Source: Marsupella aquatica
Taxonomy: Eukaryota; Plantae; Marchantiophyta
Direction of reading: 5' to 3'
Assembly: GCA_973895155.1 (NCBI GenBank)
Contig: OZ316891.1
Span: 30,573,112-30,637,111, forward strand
Length of the DNA stretch: 64,000 nt
Part shown: piece by piece, positions 30,111 through 43,634 of the stretch
Numbering within the stretch: position 1 is the stretch's first letter
Layout: the number at the start of each line of letters is the position of its first letter
Translations under genes and position numbers: made by a program
The notes under the pieces: generated by a model
Databases searched by the model: none
Seen by the model: the letters and a program-made list of their open reading frames with translations, nothing else
Told to the model about the DNA's origin: nothing

Positions 30111-30385
30111 TGTTCATTCCTCGAGAATTTCTAAGAAACCCTTGTATAGATAGGGGACCATGTGAGTAAGGGGAGTCATGAAAGCATTCCACCAAAGACC
30201 ATTGGAACTAAATGTGATGTAATCCACGGTACTTGATCAAAAGCAAAGAGACTAGTTAATAAACTTGATTAAAAAAATACATTTCCTGGAATGAAAAATG
30301 AACATAGATCTCCTACATGTGAAATAATCTGAATAACATCCCTCCACATTCTCATCATACCATAACAAATAATTTTAATAATCAA

Positions 30386-30840
30386 ACATGTATTTTTGGT
30401 GTAAGTCAGTTGATAAGGTGACATAGGTGTGATTATGTTTAATAATAAAACATATGTATTTTTGGTGTAAGTCATTTGATAAGGAGATGACATAGGTGTG
30501 ATTATGTTTTGACATTGCTGCTGGAGAAACCTTTGTCTTGTTTGAGTGCAAAAGGAATCAATTACACCTATTTGAATTTTTAGACATATCAACCACAACA
30601 CAACTTGCCACAATTGATACTTGAAAACTCATTTGTTAAGCTTGTTCTAATATGTCAATCACAACACATCTGCACAACTTGCCACAATTGATACTTGAAA
30701 ACTCATTTGTTAAGCTTGTTCTAATATGTCAATCACAACACATCTGAAGACGGTTGATATTGGAGAAGATTATGTAGGTAATATTTTTGTGTGAGGACTG
30801 TTGATATTGGAGAAGATTGTGTAGGTAATATTTTTGTGTG
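30386..30840. repeat. Cluster of three adjacent tandem duplications (~65, 74 and 47 bp)
   Basis: atgtatttttggtgtaagtca.ttgataagg...tgacataggtgtgattatgttt x2; an exact 74-mer at 30599 and 30673; gac.gttgatattggagaagatt.tgtaggtaatatttttgtgtg x2. Confidence 0.9.
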
Positions 30841-31955
30841 CACTTGGCATGCAAACCTCAATGGGATACCAAGAGGGAGAAGGGGAGGAAGAGGAAGTCC
30901 CCAACGTACGCGTACACCAATACCAGAGCTAGACCAAGTGCCCACTTCAATCAGTACTTGAAGACGCGTTGCTGCTGAAAAGCGATTACGACTTGTCAAA
31001 GAGAGTAGGTTGCCATTGGAGTAGGGAGAACAACTTGGAGTGCAACAAAGAAGTGGCTCAGTGTAACACGGCAATACATCTAGACAAAGAAACTGAAGCA
31101 CACCAATTGCCTGGAGGGGAGCTCTTTGTGATTGTGCAATCTGAGCTTGTGAGGAGTCAAAGTCCTGAGCTCAGTGCACAACCACCAATGACACACAGGT
31201 CCATTCTACTTCCTTTCCCACCAATGGCCCCTGCTCGACATACCCGGGCTCATTACATGCCCTTCAAAGGAAGGCCAAAGGATGATACAGACAGATGAAT
31301 CAAGGAGTTTGAGGGAATGGGGAGTCTGCACACAAACTTACATTCCCGGAATGTGAGGGGAGAGCCAACTTCCAATAGAAGTGATGATATGCTAGTGACC
31401 TTCACCTTCCATGCCTGTGAAAACTCCCAATTCTTTTTTTAGGCTAGCATTAAGCCTATTTCCAATTGGAGCCATACATAAGAAGCCAGTGACTTCAAAA
31501 ATTGCTCTTATCCTTCAATCCGTCTCTGACATAGTTGGAGCCGTAAAACATATCAGCCTAATATCAACATCCCATCTTGGCTACACCCAATTTCTTGCGC
31601 AAAAACATGCCGCCAGAGTAATCTGCAGGTCGACAAGGTTTGGCTCTTGATGCTCTGAGTCAGTTATATATCTGGATTGCAGTTCTCAAAATTTTGGCGT
31701 TGCTGTGTCATCTGGGTTGTCTTTAAGGTCCAGCTTACTCAGTTTCTAGCATCACAGATAATCAGACAAAAGAAGGCTGAGCACTGTCCTGATCTCCAAG
31801 TGGGCAAGGGGCAGAACGTTCCTTCGACTAGGTCAGGAATTGAAACGCAACATTGATCTGCGACATTGTCCTTCCATAAAAATATACTTGACTACTCGGG
31901 GCAACCAATCTGCACCAATGTTATCCGCAGCACCTCCAAAAGGTCATCTATAAGG

Positions 31956-34900
31956 CTAAGCAGCAGAACATTGTTCCTCTTGTATGGGGAGGTCAACCAC
32001 GAGAGGTATTCCACTCCGACCAGCATTCCCCAAATCTGAATCGCGGCTGTTTGATCGATTTAACATATTCACCTCTTCAGTATAATCGACCAAACCTTCC
32101 GAAAAAGGTCTCATCCCGGCAACAAGATAATCACATGATACACAATCTGCAGAGGAATGCAACATTGAAGCCGTACGCAGTTGAGTTGATTTTCTTGGAT
32201 CATCACAATTAGGTTGAGAACGTGCCAACATTTCCACTTCAGTATCTAAAGGTTGTTCTTCAGTCTCCATCGGCAAACCCGGTGGAGTTGAGCCACCTGA
32301 TGAATCAAAATTTGGCGTACATGCAGCTGGTACGTTGTATTCATGCACAGGCTCTGCAGCTAAACACTGCCCGGGAGAGGGAGAAGCTCTGATAACCTCC
32401 ACATCCGAGTGATTGACTTGTTGGATATTCTGTACCGTGTTCTCTGATTCCTTATGTGCTACAGACAACCTCTGCAAATAGAAGAATAGCATGTTAAATG
32501 TGCCACTGCCACCACATGTAACGCTTCACCTAATCCATTTTAAATCAAAAGAGCATGACCGACTAGACCTGAATCACCATGTCATCAAGGCACAGATAAT
32601 AAGCTGAGCAATACATTTTGACTCCAAGTTAGCAGGTATAACCTCCATTGTCTCGGCATTCTCCTTTGCTCTAGAGGCCTCTTCTTCAAAAAACCCCACT
32701 AGCAGTTGTTGCATTTCCCCTCTAAGACCCGAGGCTTGACTTGGTTTGAACCAATTTCGCCCAAACTGCATCAAAGGGGAAGAGACAGCAATATGAATGA
32801 TTTGAAGATATGCTCACTAGGTCATCTGGTCAATCAACATTCTACAGAAGGAAGTTTACAACGCGATGAGAACAGATATGTAATGAGGCTTTCATATGTC
32901 TTCACCAAACATGCTATTAACCTTCCCCTTACCAGTCCCGCCTGTTCCACATCACTCAGTTTGAAGGAGGACGGTGCCTCTTTGAGAAAGCGCTCTATGT
33001 AGTGAAGAAGAAAGAGGCCACAATCAGATTCATTCTCTTGCTGAGGTACCTGAAAGCAACACTAATTCAGGTCACATGTCTACGATATCTAGTCTTCCAT
33101 ATTCTCAAGATCCAATTCGACAGCATTATCTGCAAAATGCAAGTGTATACAAAAAGAACAGCTCGCTTGGAGAGCATTACCAAAATCTTTTTCGCCAGAA
33201 AATCTTCGTTCTTAAGTTTCTCAAAGGAATCCCTAACCCCATCTTTATCTGCTTGGTGCTCCCATTCAGCAATCAAGTATCTGCAGATCTCCATATACCA
33301 AAATGATATAATAAGCTTATCACTAAACTTGCCTCAGGTATAAAACCTCATAGTACAGATACAGCAGGTTCAAGATGAGTGAACAGGACCTCAACAACTA
33401 GTAGAGCCACGACCGGTGATGAAAACAGCGTTTGCAACTCTTTTATCACTTCTCCATGTACAAGACATGAGAGATTCAAGCCTCGCCAAAGTTTACATTC
33501 ACTCCTCTGACTATGATTGTCCGCTATACAACGGGCTTATATTCTTGAAGCAAGGTTAGAATGAAGGTTCACACATAGAAGAAATCATGCACCATACTGG
33601 CCATTAGATCCAAGCTACATGAGTAAATTACGGGCACACGTAAACTCACGTGCGTAGCAACCTGAAGACATTATTGCTTTTGTGACCTGGACTCATTGAA
33701 TCAAGATGCAGTATACATCTCTGGGAGCCAGTATCTTCACTGGTAGCTCCCGGATGACAGACAATTGCAAGGCTCCAATGCCACCTGAAAAGAATGTCAA
33801 GTGTCAAATGAAGAACTAGACAGAAAAGGATTGCAGTACATCCGATAACAGAAAGACCTGATCTTAGTGCTCACAGAAGGATTTAATCTTACTTGTCATG
33901 TATTGGAACAAACAGGTACTCCTTCTCGAAAATATTAGTGCCTTTTGTCCACTTTCTCAGTTTGGTTAAATCTGCCAGAGTCTTCTTGTTCTGATCCAAC
34001 AGGAAATCTGTCAGTGCCCTTCAGAAAGTTTCCTCTACAAAAGAGTAGCCAAACTGACCTTCCAAATGACGGACTCCACATCTTCACAAATAACAGCAAG
34101 CTAATTCTATGAAGGAAGCTTGCCAGAATGTGGGACATGGCAGACCAGAGTTAAGAAAGGCATCAAATCATTGACTGAGCAGCACCACAACTACCTAATT
34201 TCCATTGTCTTGGCCACCTAAAAAAATTGAGATATAGACGCAAAGTCCATAACACAAGTAATTTCCTGGTCTATCCCTGCCTGATAATAACCATGAGAGG
34301 AAAACGAAGGAAAGCTGAAGAGTGGCAGATGACCCACAAACGGAGAGCGACAGGGAAGTTGTTTGCACACACACACAGATGCCGGAAACCTGAGATTCAG
34401 TTTAACAAATTACCACTTATCTAGAAACTGACCACAATGATTGTACTTGTTTATATGAACATAGGAACAGACCTGTCCACCCACAACGTCAGTAAGCTTC
34501 TTGTAAAAGAAACTGTTGAAGAAGTAAAATTTATTTTTGTCTTCTACAGTCAGAACTTCTGGCCTTTGAATGTACCTGGCCCAGCAAATCACCACATAAG
34601 TCAAACAATTGCTGTTAACTGGCAAAGACAACACAAAAAAACACTTGGAAGAGAACAACTAAAGCAACCCCTACCAACAGGACAATCGGGAAAAACGAAA
34701 TGACACAACCTGCCATCAGAATTAAATGGTCCACTGCCTGAACAAATCAACTGATTTCATCGTCAAGTGATACCCAACTGTTGCTAGGACTACAAACTGC
34801 AACTTTACTAAAGTTCAACGAGCCAATAGAAGCCCAAGAAAAAGTGCTAAACTACTAAGATGTTGCCAAGAATATCAGCAACATCGGTACAATAGAACAC

Positions 34901-37900
34901 AGCATGATTTGCCGGAGCCTCCCGAAAACTACCTCAACAAGTAAAAGGCAAAACCAAGATCCTTTGCAGCTGAGATTACCTACTTAATATAGAAGTCAAT
35001 CACAGTATCATTAAGAAATTCCATTGGTTCTAGTCGGTGTAGGTCATGGTATGCAACCTCTACAGCTTCAGGATCATCCCTGAAGACCACAGCAACAGAC
35101 AAAAATATTGCGTGAATTGACAAGCAAGAAGAAAAGTGGGAGCGAGGACTACCTATAGCGTATAGACCAAATCTCCCAATACATTTCGTAGAGACAGTAA
35201 ATTAGCAGCAACTCAAGACTAATATAGGATTTAGGTTGGAGCAAGGGAGATTTTCTTTAAAGGGTTCCATACATTTGCATAGCCGTCTAAATGTCCTTTT
35301 TTAACGAATCTTACCTTGATGGATACGCAATTCTGACACCCTCCATGCTGGAAAGTATCACAAGAATGGAATCAAATATTAACATACAGGAAGAAAATTA
35401 TCCAGAACGAAAAAGGACTTTCTATCTGTAGGATGGATACTACAAAGTGACAAAGATCAGAATAGAGAAATCCTGACGGAAAATTGTTGAATCCATTCTG
35501 GTGTTTCAAGGCCACAGCTCAAAATCCCAGATTTGTCAGACATAGACGTGCTAGTTTTGGAAAGCATCCTACCTAGGTGACAGTGCACTTCGAGTTCCAT
35601 AAACTTTTCTCTGGGTAGCTATTTGAAAGTCATCATACGTCTCTCGAGTTACTTTAACTTCTTCATCTTCTGAAGAAAACAGCTCCACAACCTTTTCCTG
35701 TCACACCAGTCGGCTTCCAAAATTAACCCCACAAAATTTTACTAGGGATTGCATAACAGACAATCTATGTTTTTGCAACTAGCTTCATAAACACGACCAA
35801 CTTCGCCCTCAAGATAATGATGGATCAAGAATCCTGTCAAAGCTTACTAACCGGAGACCCCCCAGATACACTTTGTCGAGCTCTTTTGCCCCCATTGCCT
35901 TTTTTGCTAGGTCCAGGCGATGAATTCCGTTCGGGTACCTGAAATGCATGTACACATCTCTCAATGGAGAATCCAGTCCTTAATAGAAAACATCTCAATA
36001 ATCACTCAAAACCACAGAGCCAAAAGCAAAGTCACAGCGGCAATTGGGTACACTAGCATGACGTCCACGCGGTATTTACTACATCAATTTTGCACTTGGA
36101 AAATCCTGATTCGCCAATCTAGACGTCTGATAGAGATAATCTCCTGTCGAAATTGACAAGCATGACCAGATTACCTACGACAATTTTTTTAGGTGTCTAG
36201 GGATTTTCAGTGTCATCACCTCTTTTGCTGCGAAAAAGCGCTTAGGTTGCTTCCTGTAAAACCTTCATGCACCAATCAAATCCTTAGGGTTTAGACTCTT
36301 CACAAACCAGTTGCTCAAAACTGTTTGCAGCGTTTCAGAACTGCTCTCACCGAGCATACTTTCCCTCCATAGTGCACTACTGCATCAAAAGGTCTAAATT
36401 CTCATCTGCTTTGACTTGTAACATTCGACATTGACACCAAAGCTATGAACTACTTTGGCAGTAGCGGAGTGCCATTTACCATAGCAAAGGAGCAAGCCAC
36501 TGTGGTTCCTTACAATCAAGTGTCTATCACCGTTGGAGCTGAATATAACACGATACAACATCGGATCGTCATGATCTGCGTCTGGACCGACATCTATGTC
36601 AAAAACAGTCCAGAGTGGTCTTCTCAAGAAAATATAATTCAAGAACCTTACCGGCAATCTGTGCACGTCAGGTCAGTGCTGGACCCGCCACATTGACTGC
36701 ATAGCTTTGAACCAGACCGTAATCCTGGTCGAGGTGAAGCTCCAGCCAGATCACAGGAGACGATTCTACTAGCATCTTTCTGACCGTATGCTGGAAATGC
36801 TTCTGTTATTGGAGAACGCTGAGTAAAAGGCCCTTTCCCTTTGGAAGGATTTAATAATACACATTCTTCGCTAAATGCAGTGCCATTTGCTACGTGATCT
36901 TTGCTCTGACTCGCAGTGCCATCTGTCTGGGCAGAGTAAAGACGAGCATGTGAAAAGGAAAGGCAAACTACGACACACATCTGATGAAATGCGTAACGAC
37001 AAAAACGATAGTATACGTCAACTTAGACACCAACTTTTCCCAAATGATGACTTGTGTGACAACTTGTGGACAGCGTGTGGCCTTGGTTTCTACCTTTGCA
37101 TCAGTGTCATTGACATATTTACGATTGGAAGTGGACGCCCGGGTCGACTTGGGCCTAACATTATCTGGGAAAGCACATTCTCATATCAATCACTGCAGAA
37201 TTCCAAAGACGAAAACTATCCACATTGCAACGATATTTATAAGTCCATGAAGAACCAGAAATGCGAAAACTATCCAAACGTTAAAACGATGGGAGATTCA
37301 CGAGTGGCAAGGAAAACAGAATCAATGACGGACAAACCTCCATTTACAGCGACTTTCACAGCAGGTTTTGCATGTTGATTTCCATTTGCCTGATCCCCAC
37401 AAACAGAAAGAGAGTAAGGCGAAGGACCAGAAAGTGAAAACTGACACCCCATCAAGTTCACAAAAGTTCATGATCTTCAGGGTGCTGATACAACTCACAC
37501 GCCACCGGGAAGGTGGAGGAAATGCACGACTTGAAACCTTGGTTGTTTCAAATGGACACGATAACAGGGTGAAAGCAGAGTTCATTCTGGAAGAGATCAA
37601 TTTGTTTGTCACAACTAAAATCAGGAAAAGGAGACTTTACCGACCATTCAGGAAGAACCATACGCGTCATCAAACCACATAGTCAAAAGGTTAATTCATA
37701 TGGACAGAGGACTTTTACATTTCCCTTGTTAGTGGTTGAAAGTACATAATAACAGGGACATTAGGGACGAACGAGATATGGTTGACAAACTATCCAAGGG
37801 CCAGCAACGGATGGCATTGCAATTGTGTAGACTAGTTAAGTTGTGTGCTCTCGACATATTCTATATAGGAGCATTGCGAGCTTGGGGAGCTCGCTGAAAC

Positions 37901-38289
37901 CTGAACAACTCCGAGCCGAAGCACCTAAGGACCCGAAAATGCCATCTTCTGTTACTTTAGAGGAACGTAGCTACATCTTTCATAGAAGTAGAATGTACCT
38001 GCTCCTTCCTTTTGTTCTCCAACTCCCTGACAAGCTTCTCCTTCTTTAGAGCCTCGACCATCTTCTCCAATTTCCCAGGGTTTATTGTAAGGGCTTGTAT
38101 ATACTTCTGATGCTTTTTGATTTCCTCGTCTAGTTGATTATCACGCAGATTGGAAAACTTTGTATTGCGTTCAAGAGGAATCTCCAGCTGCGGCTTCCGT
38201 TCGAAAGGTTTAGTAATGTCCAACTGATACTCTGTATCAATGTCTTCATCTACAAACTCGCTCATATCCAGGGGTTCCTTATTCGGCAT
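31956..38289 (-). CDS. Ubiquitin-like-specific (SUMO) protease, peptidase C48, OTS/ULP1c-d-like; multi-exon
   Basis: Exons give IAYPSRDDPEAVEVAYHDLHRLEPMEFLNDTVIDFYIKY, FYFFNSFFYKKL, LRKWTKGTNIFEKEYLFVPIHDKWHWSLAIVCHPG, CILHLDSM, VPQQENESDCGLFLLHYIERFLKEAP, FGRNWFKP. The H-D-C triad is intact. The N-terminal exons and the start at 38289 are less certain. Confidence 0.9.
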
Positions 38290-39410
38290 GATGAGCCCTA
38301 CTTCCTAAAAGACAATGAAAAGGCAGAGGAAAAGACACAGGAAGATCGCGAGCAGCTAGTTCAGGAGTTGAATAATGTCAAACTCTGTACTCTCGAGTAC
38401 AGCTTAATAAAGAAACTCCTCCCTCTGCTCATGGCACAAGACAAAGCCATTGCGACACCAGAGATTCCTCAAAGGAGACCTGCATTCGAGGAAAGGATGC
38501 CCCACGCCAATCCCGCTTTTCCAATTCAAAGACACTACATCGCGGCACAAACACAAACGCAGCTCTATCGGCCTTGTACACGAGCGCTCCACATTCCGAG
38601 CGAGTCTCCGCTTCCGACCGCAAACCGGGCAATCCATCTCGCGACCATCACGAGTCCCGAAGACAGAATTTCCCGTCAGGCAGACGGCGCTAGACCGAGC
38701 TCGGCGGCGCACACCCTAATTCTCAACTAAATTGCCCCTCCCAGGTCACAGAAAAATTGTGACCACAACCCGTGTTCCCCGATTGCACTCGACACAACTC
38801 GAGCTATCCTATCCGTCCGTCCGTCTACCAGTCCGTCTGTCTGTCTGCCCGGAGCTATCAGAAAATCTGGAAACAAACTGATGAATTCCTTCATGATGGA
38901 TCGAAGATCATCAGTTCAGACAGAAACAGCGCTTTCAGCAGGTCCCGCGTCACCAAGCCCTCGACAGAGAGCTACAGTCTCAGCAGCAAATCTGGCAAAA
39001 AGCGGATCAATTTCTTCACAATGCATCGGAGATCACCACCAGGTTTTCACAATGCATCGGAGATGTCCACCACTTTAGACAGAGGGAGCGGAGTACTTGC
39101 AGCAAGCAGGTCCCTCGTTGTGGAGCCACCCACCGACCCCGATCACTCCATTGAATTGATGAGCTTTTCCGGCTGCAATTTCTGTTTTGCAAGTACCATT
39201 CATTGGACAAGACAAAGACAACGACGTGGCGCGGCAAAGGTGGCAAAGTTCAAATGCAGCAGCGGAAGCGTGATGGCATATTTTATGGCGCGCCCCTTTA
39301 TAATAATCTGAACTTAACATTTTGCCCTGAAGTAGTGAAGTCCGAGGACGACCGAAAACGGCGATGGGTCGATGGGGGCAGTTTTGGGGGAAAATTCACG
39401 ACCCTTTACT

Positions 39411-39590
39411 AACGGCAGTAGTACATTGTTAACCGCAGTAGTACATTGTTAACACTAACACTAATTTGGCAATTGTTTAGTGTTTAGTCTAACTAATTAA
39501 TTTGGCAATAGTTTAGTGTTTAGTCTGACTAACACTAATTTGGCAATAGTTTAGTGTTCACCTAGTGTGACTAACACTAATTAGAGAATG
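39411..39590. repeat. AT-rich short tandem repeats (20-bp x2, then ~35-bp x3-4)
   Basis: aac(g/c)gcagtagtacattgtt x2, followed by (ct)aacactaatttggcaatagtttagtgtttagtct units. Confidence 0.85.
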
Positions 39591-42500
39591 CTCATTTTCA
39601 GGGTCTACTTGCAAAGTTAATATTGTGTTAACATTATTTTTGTGCGCATGAATTAGTGTTATTGTGTTATTAAGAGTGGAAAAATAGAGAGAACAAAATT
39701 ATTTTGAAAAATACCAATTAGTGTTACTTTGGACTCAAGATCATCCATTTTTTACAAAATTTAAACTAAAGTGGAAAAAAATTATTTTGAGAATTGACAA
39801 AAATTAGTGTTACTTGGACTCAAAATCATTTTAAGCAAATTATTGTTAGGACCGAGATTGTTTTTTATTCAAGTAAATAACTTGCCATGTACTGTTTCCT
39901 TGTTTTTTAATTTGAAGATATGAAAAAAAATCCATAGTAGGGACTAAAGAGAATTTGGTCACAATAAACTGCACTATGTTTTTGGAGTGACCAAAGAGTC
40001 TTTTGGTCACAATGGACTGAACTATGTTTTTTTGGTGTACATATGCCTGTGGGTACTTTATACATTTAATATGTAAGTAATATCAGATATTATTCCTTAT
40101 CTAAATATGTATTCGAATAAACCTGCAAATGAACAAGGGACACCCAAACTGGAGAGGATCCAACAGACAAAAGACCTGATCAAGAGAAGGCCACCAAAGA
40201 GCTCAAAAGCCCAAAGGACTAGCTTTGATGTAGGTTCCTTGTTTGCGTAGTCATCGCCCTGCTGCTGTTGTGGGGGACCCCTTGGCTTGTTGGACCCTCT
40301 GTTCTTCTTGGGGCCATTTCCCCTCCTTTCTCCCCCCTTCATGGGTTGTTTTGTGTGTGGGATCTTGTCTCCCCATTCACTGATTTTGCCTTTTGGCACT
40401 GTGATATGTACAAGCACAAAAGCTAACACAAAACAAGCAAACACAAAGGACCTAGAGCCCTATTTGTCTGCAAATTGTAGAGCCTGTTGCGCAGCTCTGG
40501 AGTGAACTGCACAGGCAAGTCCCCCAACGCCCCCCTCCCCCCCACACACAAAAATGTTGCTACAAACTGGGCCACATATATAAGTTCCGTATATGTGGTT
40601 CTTATGTGGTGCATAACTACATGGTCAACCGTACATTTCCCACCGCACTCCATTGTGCTCTGCGTCATAGTCCACCGCGTGTACCTCTACATTTGAAGAC
40701 ATAATAAATGATGTCTTCACATGATTATAGAGTTTTAAGGGATCCGCCTCTACATGATAGCAGGTTTGTACAACATTTAATTAGTTCTTATAAGCTAGGA
40801 AAATTTTCTGTTATGATTCACTCCATGTTATCTTTGTTTCGCACTTCGACAATTTTTGAAAGTTACAACAAGGGCAAACAGCCAAAAGTAAAAGATTTTT
40901 GGTTCCTTCCATACTTAGACAAATCTGGGGTCTAGATGTGAGAAGACAAGATCCGTTTTGTCTTTGTTCCACACTTGGATAAATTTTTGAATGTTACAAG
41001 AGGGGCCAATGGCCAAAAGTAGAGGATTCATTCTATACTTAGACAAAAGAACACCGAGAAACGTCAAAACATCATGCAAATCATGTGCATAAGTTACATG
41101 AAGCAACGTAAAGACGGTATGGTAGAAATTCACATAAGTTGCATGAAGCAACGTAAAGACGGTATGGTAGAAATATAAACCAAAAACATGAACCATATTG
41201 TCTTCACTTAGGAACTTCGTGCGATGGCCACCATTACCCCGCAGTTTCCCCAACTATGTAGTTTGTCATACATAGTTTGGCTTGACCCGAAACTTTACAG
41301 TAGGTAATTATTAGTGATAATATCAAGCTAAAACTCATTGTAGTAACCTTACAAGAACATCTAACACAAAAGTGTAAGAGGGGGCTTAGTTTGTAACCAA
41401 AGTTTCATAAGGGTGCATCACATAAATTTGTTTTTGCAGGGTCCCATCAAGCAGTCCCATCAACCTCACTATTTCAGGACTAGCTCTCGAGTGAACAGCA
41501 CAGGCAGGTCTAACAAAAGGACCTGACTATTTCAGAATTTGTAGAGAATCTTACAATCAAAAAGTTTTGGAGCCTTGTTGGCCCACCAACAAACGAGGAG
41601 AAAGTTTTTCCAACTGTTCACAAGCAATCTACATTAGACTATTTTATCAGTCAAGTCTAAAGTTGTAAGATAAGGGAAACCCAGTACAGTACAGCAGCGT
41701 ACCATCACTCATGTTGTAACTAACAGACAAAACAAGGAAAAACAAAAGATGAGACCTTCATCTTAGATGGATCCTGTGACAAGAAATTGATTGAACAATG
41801 CATTGATCCGGTAGTTCTTTATAAGTTAAGGCCTCTTGGAGTTTATATAGACTCTGGTATAGTTGGCTTGTTATGGTTTTCCCTATGATTGTTTTTATTT
41901 CTAAATCAAATTCTGAGGGTAACTTGAGTTGCGCAAACCATGAAATGGATACCTATAGACTTCCTGATTTCCATTCATATCTGTCAAGTTCTTTGAAGAG
42001 TGGTGGATAGACCTGTTTGATGTATCCTTATCAAGCATATTGTTTTCGTTGTCCCCTTGTCGGAGTTGAGATTTTCCTGAATAACGATGGTAATTTTGTG
42101 TGAATGTGAGTGATGGTGTGCTGGATACGTTTGAGGTTGTGAGGATATGAAGGACCCGTCGAAGAAGATGTAGAAAATCAGAATGGATCACTAAAGTTTT
42201 CAACGAACCCTGAATCTTCTGTGAACCGCCCGCACAGAGACCGGGCCTCGGGAAACTAGAGAGATTGAGTGTTGTCAAGGAAAAGCATTGCAGTACATTG
42301 CGAATTCAATGGGGCCCATCTTGAAACGCTGCTGTAGTGCTGTACAGTCCACCATCCCGAACAGGATTAACTACATTAACGGAAACACTTTTTCTGGTAT
42401 TGGCTTTATTCATCCCAAGAACTGCCGCATGAGGATAAGAAGATTAATCCAGGAGTACACCTTCCTGAACAGGAGTTTACAATAACGGAAACACTTCACT

Positions 42501-43634
42501 GTTAGTAGAGATAATATACATCCCAATATCTGCCCATGAGAATTTGAAGACTTATCCCAGGGGATGGCATTACACTGGTCGGTATTCGTTCTAGGAACTC
42601 GTGTCCAGGAGTCCATGAAACATTCCCAAGAGACGAGGATCTCAGAAAAGGTAGGATGTCGAAGCCGGGCGGAATCGGATTGCGTTTCCTAGAATTGTAA
42701 GTGAGCTGATTGCGTCGAGCTAGGTGAAGCCGGCTGTCGCTCGACATTCTGTTTTGCGAGGGGCATGGGAACCACATTTGCGACCTGCAATGCAATGTGG
42801 TTTGATTATTTGTGTAACTTCGTACCATTTATAGCTGGTTGTGAATAATTAGCAGATTCTCAAATTATCCATCACAAAGAACACCCTGTTTCTTCAGAAA
42901 CAAACGACAAACTTCTATCGCTTTAGATCGATGTGATGTGGCATGGTAGATGAGGGACGGAGTACGAGAAAAGCTTAGCTGTTCACGTTCGGTATCTCCT
43001 GAAATTTGATACATAGCTCAACAATAGTTTCAACTTGGTCAATGCAGGATATTTGATTCACAATTGATGTTTGAGGTCATAAATTAAGCTTCAGTACACA
43101 TCACTCGTCCAGGGGTGGTTTTCGTCCGGCCCGGCATTTTTTGTTACTGATGGAGAGAGCTTTCAATTGATTGACCCGTTGCTCATATCTACTATTCGGT
43201 CATATCGTCTGAAATTCAATTTCACTAAAATTATGGGATGAATGACACGAAACCCTGCAATGCAGAACAATTGACAGCGCCTGGCCTGAGATTCTTCATA
43301 GGAAAACAAGTTGGGATGTGAATCGACTGCATACTCCACACCGGTGTCATATACACCATCACTCAAATTGTGCAGTTCCTCCGATATTGCAAATTCACGA
43401 TATTTTGTACATAACTTCATGCAACATTTGAGAGCTTGTTAAACTAAAACAAGACTCGGCCTCACACGTCGTTCTAATCTTCCGCAAACATTGAGCCATC
43501 AGTTTGCCTGGCCTGCAAACTCCATAGAAGCCAGCATGACAATTCTACTTTCTGAAACCATGATTTAGTTGTACAATCCTAGCATGTCGACAGACGAATA
43601 TACAACTGACCCAATGCGCCCACTCTTCCTACGG

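Noticed and set aside
38134-38730. 198-aa plus-strand ORF
   Set aside because: Antisense to the first exon and leader of the SUMO protease; no recognisable domain.
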